NCBI GenBank assembly: GCA_045047115.1
Contig: JASFYR010000024.1
Span: 1 to 32,536, forward strand
DNA length: 32,536 nt
Direction of reading: 5' to 3'
DNA from: Sulfurospirillum sp.
Lineage (GTDB): Bacteria > Campylobacterota > Campylobacteria > Campylobacterales > Sulfurospirillaceae
Below are positions 25,367 through 32,536 of the stretch, one piece after another. Position numbers and translations under genes: made by a program. The stretch's first letter is position 1, and each line of letters opens with the position of its first letter. Below the pieces are notes generated by a model, which made no database searches, was not told the DNA's origin, and worked only from the letters and a program-made list of their open reading frames with translations.

Positions 25367-25776
25367 ATTTTAGAGCCTTTTTTAGATATGTCTTTTATGC
25401 TTGATTCTCTGAAAAGTTTTTGTATCAAAAGTTTTGGTTTCATCCATTGATCGTGCATGGCACATTTGCAGTGAGTATCACAGGCTCCTATACCCAGTAG
25501 ACACTGTTCATCTTTAATGGAATCATTGAAAAGACTAAGTATATCATCAACACTTATTTTCCCGGAATCATTTTTCAATCTAAAGCCACCATCTCTGCCT
25601 CTTACGGACTCCACAAACTCAGCCTTGACGAGCTTAGTCATAATTTTAGTAAGAAATTTATATGGGATATTGAGTGTTTCAGAGAGCTCATTGGCGCTGA
25701 GTAAGCGGTTATCTTGCTCTCTAGCGATATAGCTTAAGATTCTTATGGCATATTGAGAAGTGTTGTTTAGCTGCAT
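25363..25776 (-). CDS. Rrf2-family transcriptional regulator
   Basis: YAIRIL, IPYKFLTKI, SVRGRDGGF, Cys cluster CLLGIGACDTHCKCAMH. Confidence 0.93.
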   Translation of the reverse strand: MQLNNTSQYAIRILSYIAREQDNRLLSANELSETLNIPYKFLTKIMTKLVKAEFVESVRGRDGGFRLKNDSGKISVDDILSLFNDSIKDEQCLLGIGACDTHCKCAMHDQWMKPKLLIQKLFRESSIKDISKKGSKI

Positions 25777-25840
25777 ATGTTCACCTTTTTACATCACTAT
25801 TATAATTTAAAAAAATTAAAATCATCTTAATAATATTATT

Positions 25841-25904
25841 ACTACCTAAAGGTAGAATTAATAATTTTTCGATAAAATTCCAATCACTACTTTGAGGTAG
25901 AATT
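25841..25904 (+). promoter_or_regulatory. Two palindromic operators flanking a -10 box upstream of norC
   Basis: CTACCT-AA-AGGTAG (25842-25855) and CTACTT-TG-AGGTAG (25887-25900), both followed by AATT; TAAAAT at 25873-25878. Confidence 0.65.
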
Positions 25905-25920
25905 TAAAATAGGAGTGGAA

Positions 25921-26367
25921 ATGACTGAGCGTATTACTAAAGATATGGCCAGAAATATCTATTTTGGCGGTGGTCTTTTTGCAATCTTGGTATTTGTGGG
26001 ATTGACATTTGATACTGTAAAACAGATTCCAAAATTGAGCCATGAAAACAAGATAACAAAATCTGTTGCTCTTGGAAAAAAAGTATGGGAAAATAACGAC
26101 TGTGTAGGTTGTCATACTCTAATGGGTGAGGGTGCATACTATGCTCCTGAACTGGGAAATGCATTTAAAAGACTTGGCGGTGGAAATGAAGCGGCGTTTA
26201 AAGCTTATCTTGCAGGTTGGATGGCAGCTCAGCCTCTACATGTAAAGAACAGAAGAAAGATGCCGCAATTTCATCTGACACCATCGCAGGTAAACAATCT
26301 TGCAGATTTTTTAATTTGGACATCTAGGGTTAACAACCAAGACTGGCCACCAAACATACAAGGATAA
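25921..26367 (+). CDS. norC: Nitric oxide reductase cytochrome c subunit
   Basis: ARNIYFGG, CVGCHTLMGEGAYYAPEL, RRKMPQF, WPPN; ATG 25921 after AGGAG. Confidence 0.96.
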   Translation: MTERITKDMARNIYFGGGLFAILVFVGLTFDTVKQIPKLSHENKITKSVALGKKVWENNDCVGCHTLMGEGAYYAPELGNAFKRLGGGNEAAFKAYLAGWMAAQPLHVKNRRKMPQFHLTPSQVNNLADFLIWTSRVNNQDWPPNIQG

Positions 26368-27759
<1,392 letters not shown>

Positions 27760-29529
27760 ATGGATGAAAAAGTCGGTAAGTTTTGGGATAAATATCTGAC
27801 CAAAAAAGCATCCCGACTTTTTGAACATCAAGAGGTTTTATTTGAAAAAAAAGAGAGATCTCTGAAGATATTTTATCACCTCTTAGGGGGTGATAAAGCT
27901 AAAGAGTTACATATAACCGATAAGAGATTTATCAAAACTTCAAGAACTATTTTAGAAAAATTTTCAGGAAAAGGGAGGAGCTTTTTTCTTGCCTGGCAAG
28001 ATGAGAAAGCCCTCTATTTTCCTACAGCCCTCTCATATTTTGATGATAAAAAACTAAATGATATGCACTACTATTGGCTATGTGCAATGCTTTGCAATGT
28101 TGATGTAAGAAATGGCAACATAGCACAAGAAAACAAAAAAGTGGCAGATGAGCTGATAGCAAAGTATCAAGGTTTTGAAGAATTTTATACAAAAGCTAAG
28201 AAATTTTTACTCGAGAACTATTCTGAATTATCATATATTGACTCTTCTTTAAGCGAAGATTTACTAGATGATAACAGTTATCCAAATCCGCTTTGGATTT
28301 ACCCTAGTATCTCTAGCAACTCCAAACTTCTTGATTTTGGCGATGAGGAGATGGGTAGAAAAGATGGTAAAGAGGATAATACTGAAGAGTTAAAGATGAA
28401 GAAAAAAGCAAATCAAACAGATGATGAAAAAGAGAGTGATGGTCTTTTGCTCTTTTTGCCCGAATCTTTGATGAGCTTTATGGAACAAGTCAATGTTGAC
28501 AGACAAGAAAACGACAGCTTCGATGAAGATGCCCTGTACAATGCAGCCGAACTGGACGAGATAACACTCGGAAGAAAAGATGCAAATCTCTCCTCGAGAG
28601 TAAAAATGGACTTGGATATTTCCTCGCAGGATGTAGAGGATTATCCACTGGGTGATGGTTTTTACAGAGATGAGTGGGATTATAGAAAAGAAAATTATAT
28701 AAAAAAGTATGTCCGTCTCCTACCTCAAGTTGCTCTACATGTAGAGCCTGTACCTCTGCCAAAAAGATTAAATAAAATGATGAAAAAGATTCAATCCGAG
28801 CTCGATATGATGGAATTGGACAGGGTAAAGATAGACAATCTTCCATATGGAGATGAGATAAATTTTGATTCTTGGATAGATTACAAGGGGCATCAAAACA
28901 AATCAAATCATTCTCAGAGATTTTTTCAGAGCTTCAAAAAAAAGACAAGAGATATGTCAACACTTCTTTTAGCAGATATATCACTCTCCACAGAGGCGGG
29001 AGTTACTCAGGATATACGAGTGATTGATATGATAAAAGACTCACTTATGGTTTTTTCCGAATCTCTCCAAAGGCTTGAGGATAAGTTTAGTATCTATGCC
29101 TTCTCTTCTATAAAAAACAAAAAAGTAAATTTTCATATAATCAAAAATTTCAAAGAGAGGTATAGTGATTTGGTACGAGGCAGAATCGATGTGATGAAGC
29201 CCGGGTACTATACTCGTTTGGGTGCTGCCATAAGAGAGAGTGCAAGAGTTTTGCAAAAACAGCAGAGTCAAAACAGACTGCTTTTGATACTAAGTGACGG
29301 AAAACCAAATGATACAGACAGATATGATGGACGATATGGGATAGAAGATACCAAAAAAGCCATAGAAGAGGTAAAACAGAAAGGAATAGTTCCATACTGT
29401 ATAACCATCGATGTAGAGGCGAGAGAGTATCTACCCTACCTGTTTGGAAGAAATTCTTATGCACTTATCCGTGATGCAAAGAAACTGCCTAAGGTTTTAA
29501 CGGAAATCTATATGAATTTAACAAAATAA
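27760..29529 (+). CDS. norD: NO reductase activation protein with vWA domain
   Basis: DEWDY, MIDAS DISLS, YTRLGAAIR, LSDGKPND, YGIEDT. Confidence 0.93.
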   Translation: MDEKVGKFWDKYLTKKASRLFEHQEVLFEKKERSLKIFYHLLGGDKAKELHITDKRFIKTSRTILEKFSGKGRSFFLAWQDEKALYFPTALSYFDDKKLNDMHYYWLCAMLCNVDVRNGNIAQENKKVADELIAKYQGFEEFYTKAKKFLLENYSELSYIDSSLSEDLLDDNSYPNPLWIYPSISSNSKLLDFGDEEMGRKDGKEDNTEELKMKKKANQTDDEKESDGLLLFLPESLMSFMEQVNVDRQENDSFDEDALYNAAELDEITLGRKDANLSSRVKMDLDISSQDVEDYPLGDGFYRDEWDYRKENYIKKYVRLLPQVALHVEPVPLPKRLNKMMKKIQSELDMMELDRVKIDNLPYGDEINFDSWIDYKGHQNKSNHSQRFFQSFKKKTRDMSTLLLADISLSTEAGVTQDIRVIDMIKDSLMVFSESLQRLEDKFSIYAFSSIKNKKVNFHIIKNFKERYSDLVRGRIDVMKPGYYTRLGAAIRESARVLQKQQSQNRLLLILSDGKPNDTDRYDGRYGIEDTKKAIEEVKQKGIVPYCITIDVEAREYLPYLFGRNSYALIRDAKKLPKVLTEIYMNLTK

Positions 29530-29611
29530 GTATTTCTCAAACTCACTTCTTAGAGGCAAATCCTCCCGTTGGTCTGAGCCTCACAAAGCGAGTTTGAGAA
29601 ATACTTATTTT
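29523..29611. repeat. 89-bp long inverted repeat between norD and norQ
   Basis: Perfect 22-bp arms AAAATAAGTATTTCTCAAACTC / GAGTTTGAGAAATACTTATTTT plus inner GAGGC/GCCTC. Confidence 0.85.
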
Positions 29612-29635
29612 AAGATAGCAAAATTAAGGAAAATT

Positions 29636-30430
29636 ATGTCAAAAACTTACTATTTACCACAGTCAAATGAGGTTGAACTTTTTAAAGCGGCAGCTGGTAT
29701 GAATCTGCCTATTTTGATAAAAGGGCCTACCGGATGTGGAAAAACAAGATTTATAGAAGCTATGGGTGAAGAGCTTGGAAGAGATGTTTACACAGTAGTA
29801 TGCCACGATGATTTGAGTGCGGCGGATTTGGTAGGCCGTCACTTGATAGATGAGAATGGAACATATTGGCAAGATGGCCCACTCACAAAAGCTGTGCGAA
29901 ATGGAGGGATTTGCTATCTTGATGAGATTATTGAGGCAAGAAAAGATACTACTGTTATCTTGCACTCTCTGGCTGATTATCGTCGAGTTTTGCCGATAGA
30001 CAGAACGGGAGAAGTGATAGAAGCACATCCTGACTTTATGTTGGTTGTTTCTTATAACCCTGGTTATCAAAATGTTTTAAAAAGGATGAAACCTAGCACC
30101 AAACAGAGGTTTATATCTCTCAGTTTTTCTTATCCAAAATCAGATATCGAAAAAGAGGTTATAGTCAAAGAGAGTGGTGTAAATGAAGATATAGCACAAA
30201 AACTTGTGAGTATCGCAGGAGAGATTCGTCGCCTAGATGACGATGAAATTCAAGAAGCAGTATCAACCAGACTTTTGGTGTATGCAGGAAAACTGATAGT
30301 TAAAGGTTTTGATCCATACCAAGCTTGTATACACTCTATAGTTGAGTCTTTGAGCGATGAAGAAGATGTGCTTGAAGTATTGGAAAAACTCATATCACTA
30401 CACTTCCAAAAGAGTGAGCATGTCAAGTAA
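29636..30430 (+). CDS. norQ: CbbQ/NirQ/NorQ AAA+ ATPase
   Basis: KGPTGCGKTRF, CHDDL, WQDGPL, YLDE, SYNPGYQ, STRLL; ATG 29636 after AAGGA. Confidence 0.95.
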   Translation: MSKTYYLPQSNEVELFKAAAGMNLPILIKGPTGCGKTRFIEAMGEELGRDVYTVVCHDDLSAADLVGRHLIDENGTYWQDGPLTKAVRNGGICYLDEIIEARKDTTVILHSLADYRRVLPIDRTGEVIEAHPDFMLVVSYNPGYQNVLKRMKPSTKQRFISLSFSYPKSDIEKEVIVKESGVNEDIAQKLVSIAGEIRRLDDDEIQEAVSTRLLVYAGKLIVKGFDPYQACIHSIVESLSDEEDVLEVLEKLISLHFQKSEHVK

Positions 30431-31016
30431 ACAATTAACAAGAGAGCCGTATCCTCCCGGGGATTTTGCTATTTGGATCATCATATATGTTGAGTTGGTG
30501 ACTTTTGGACTGCTCTTTGTGGGTTATGCCTTTTCAAGGCGAGCTGATGTGTTGACATTTAACAAATCGCAGTTGATCTTAAATCAAACTTCAGGATTTA
30601 TAGATACTCTTATACTTATAACTAGCAGTTATTTTATAGTCAAAGCTCTTCAGGCCATAAAATCACCGGATTTAACTCTTAAAAATGCAAATCATACAGC
30701 TTCAAAGTGGTTGCTCTCGGCCATAGCTTTTGGAGGTATGTTTTTGGTAAATAAACTCTTGGAGTTTTCGGCTATATTTGGGCAGGGCATTACTTTGAGT
30801 ACAAATAAATTCTTTATGTTTTATCTCTTGCTTACGATGTTCCATTTTATGCATGTAACACTAGGAACTGTTATACTTTTTAATATTTTCAAAAAGACAA
30901 AAAAAGAGGGCTATAGCAAAGAAGATCACAGGGGTTTAGAGACGGGTGCTGTGTATTGGCACCTTGTGGATCTGTTGTGGATTGTACTTTTTCCACTTAT
31001 TTATATCATCAGATGA
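30420..31016 (+). CDS. norE: Cytochrome c oxidase subunit III-like protein NorE
   Basis: PPGDFAIW, ELVTF, LITSS, FHFMHV, YWHLVDLLW..LFP. Confidence 0.88.
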   Translation: MSSKQLTREPYPPGDFAIWIIIYVELVTFGLLFVGYAFSRRADVLTFNKSQLILNQTSGFIDTLILITSSYFIVKALQAIKSPDLTLKNANHTASKWLLSAIAFGGMFLVNKLLEFSAIFGQGITLSTNKFFMFYLLLTMFHFMHVTLGTVILFNIFKKTKKEGYSKEDHRGLETGAVYWHLVDLLWIVLFPLIYIIR

Positions 31017-31024
31017 GGTGTGAA

Positions 31025-31149
31025 ATGAAAAACAAAAAAGCTGAAATAGTATGGATAATTTTGATATTTTTTACGATATTTGCATACCTACTTGGAAAAT
31101 TAGCACTTATAAATACCATGTTGGTAGGAGTTCTGCTATTTACTACTTT
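31025..31149 (+). pseudogene. norF: norF-like (cytochrome oxidase subunit IV family) 5' fragment interrupted by IS21
   Basis: GAGG RBS, VWIILIFFT..AY two-TM start; sequence switches to the IS end at 31150. Confidence 0.7.
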
Positions 31150-31255
31150 TGCCTATGACGCTCAAACTGGCCACCAATCGCGGTGACATTCGGCCACTTC
31201 TTTAAGAGATATTTTCTATGGTGCTATTTTATCATAAAGTGGCCGGATGTTCACT

Positions 31256-32008
31256 TTAATATTCATTATTTTTCATAACAGAATTGATTTTTCTCATAGA
31301 TTCACCCTTTAATTCTATCCTGTGAGAAGAGTAAACAATTCTGTCAAGTATTGCATCTGCAATAGTATTGTTATTTAAATAATTGTACCATTGATCCACA
31401 GGAAGCTGTGAAGTAATAATCGTAGATTTTATATTGGTTCTCTCTTCTATAATCTCAAACAAATTTGTAGCATCATCATCTATCATGGGAGCCACACCAA
31501 AGTCATCTAGCACAAGAAGACTAAATCTTGAATACTTTTTGAGAAGATTTGTATATGTTCCATCAATCCTTGAAATCCTTATCTCTTCTAAAAGTGAAGG
31601 TGTTCTTATATAGTAAACTCTAAAACCATTAAATATTGCATGATTGGCAAGTGCTTGGGCGAGATTACTTTTTCCCGTACCAGTTTTTCCTGTGATTATT
31701 ATATTTTGACAAGAGTGTATAAAATTTAACTGTGCCAAAGATTGTATCTGGGCTTTGTTGATATTCCTGCCTACTCTATAATCAATAGCATCAAGAGAAG
31801 CTTGTTTATCCTTGATTTTAGATAATCTGTGATTCATGATAACTCTTTTGTTTTTTAAAAATATTTCCTGTGCATCAAGAAGTTGAAACAACCTCTCCTC
31901 AAAGCTCATGGAAGAATAAGCTATATCTTCACTCTGCCTTTGGTATGCCTCTTTAAAGCCTTTATATCCTAATACATCTATCTTTTGTGAAAGCTGTGTG
32001 TTTGTCAT
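31256..32008 (-). CDS. istB: IS21 helper ATPase IstB
   Basis: GKTGTGKS, LLVLDDFG, EIIEER, TSQLP, ADAILDRIVYSSHRIELKGESMRK. Confidence 0.95.
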   Translation of the reverse strand: MTNTQLSQKIDVLGYKGFKEAYQRQSEDIAYSSMSFEERLFQLLDAQEIFLKNKRVIMNHRLSKIKDKQASLDAIDYRVGRNINKAQIQSLAQLNFIHSCQNIIITGKTGTGKSNLAQALANHAIFNGFRVYYIRTPSLLEEIRISRIDGTYTNLLKKYSRFSLLVLDDFGVAPMIDDDATNLFEIIEERTNIKSTIITSQLPVDQWYNYLNNNTIADAILDRIVYSSHRIELKGESMRKINSVMKNNEY

Positions 32009-32437
32009 TTTTTTTATCTAAAATAGAGGTAATCGATTTTACTCTTGGTATTCTTTTATGTGTAGCATACATCAATGCTAATTCTAACTCCATATTTCCA
32101 TATCTTTTTGCAAGCGAGAGTACTGCCACTATCTGACGATAAGCATTTGCTTTGTGCTTTACCGCTTCAAATGAATCTTCTACAAACAGACTGCTGTACT
32201 GGTCAATGCGTTTAGCCCATGCACGGAGTCTATCTGGGTTCATCTTTTCATTGACATATTGATGTTCTCGTGGCATATGCTCATGAAGTGTTGAAGTTTG
32301 ACCTGGAGTTCTAAGTCTTGGATGTGTTGCTATGAGAGTGTTTTTGAAGTATATTTTTACATGGTTAGTTGAATATCTAAGCTCTACCTCTTCTTTTAGA
32401 TATTTATATGGTACTGAGTAGTTACACTTCTTAAGAG
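31962..32437 (-). pseudogene. istA: IstA transposase C-terminal fragment
   Basis: Frame reads NYSVPYKYL...IATHPR...HMPREHQ; in-frame TAG at 32442-32444 lies inside unrelated sequence. Confidence 0.82.
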
Positions 32438-32536
32438 TATACTACCCCAAGAAAACTAAACAACATTTCAACAAACCTTATTCTAAATACGATAAAATAA
32501 GGACAATAATTATGAGGGTAGAAAGATGAGCAGAAC
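32438..32536 (+). mobile_element. Probable left end of an IS3-family element nested in istA
   Basis: TATACTACCCCAAGAAAACTAAACA resembles IS3-family IRs; TAAAAT at 32493; ORF start MSR.. at 32526 runs off the window. Confidence 0.55.

Larger units (their letters stand above)
31150..32437 (-). mobile_element. IS21-family insertion sequence (end downstream of istB, istB, 3' part of istA)
   Basis: Terminus TGCCTATGACGCTCAAACTGGCCAC, second GGCCAC 23 nt later, inverted copy at 31239; istB and istA ORFs. Confidence 0.88.

Noticed and set aside
29594..29635. Longer N-termini from the ORF track (8458, 18668, 20825, 25915, 29594, 30357, 30956)
   Set aside because: Downstream ATGs have better RBS spacing and family-typical starts; some upstream starts lie in hairpins or overlap genes.

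Overview
AT-rich chromosomal window that looks like a sulfur-oxidising, denitrifying Campylobacterota (epsilonproteobacterial) genome; this taxonomy is inferred from gene content and promoter style. Left to right: a PotABC-like ABC transporter (ATPase cut by the window edge) and a CpdA/GpdQ-like phosphodiesterase; a ~2 kb insert (Phd/YefM antitoxin, truncated RelE/ParE toxin, EAL-hemerythrin fusion) bracketed by diverged direct repeats and carrying attC-like remnants; a GlpA-like two-gene FAD oxidoreductase, a SHOCT protein, a GDPD, a cytochrome c peroxidase pseudogene, TlpA and an M20 peptidase; four T2SS pseudopilins; a single soxCDXYZAKB cluster with accessory genes; a transglutaminase-like/TusA-MerT/MerP module; an Rrf2 regulator divergent from norCBDQEF; and an IS21 element inserted in norF and apparently interrupted by an IS3-like end. 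The strongest non-annotated signals are (1) a covarying two-hairpin repeat placed before soxX and soxZ, (2) a 266-bp four-way-junction palindromic insert whose removal restores a clean stop-start junction, (3) duplication of a convergent gene-gene junction around the TA/EAL insert, and (4) tandem palindromic operators upstream of norC. All calls come from reading motifs by eye; no searches or folding programs were run.
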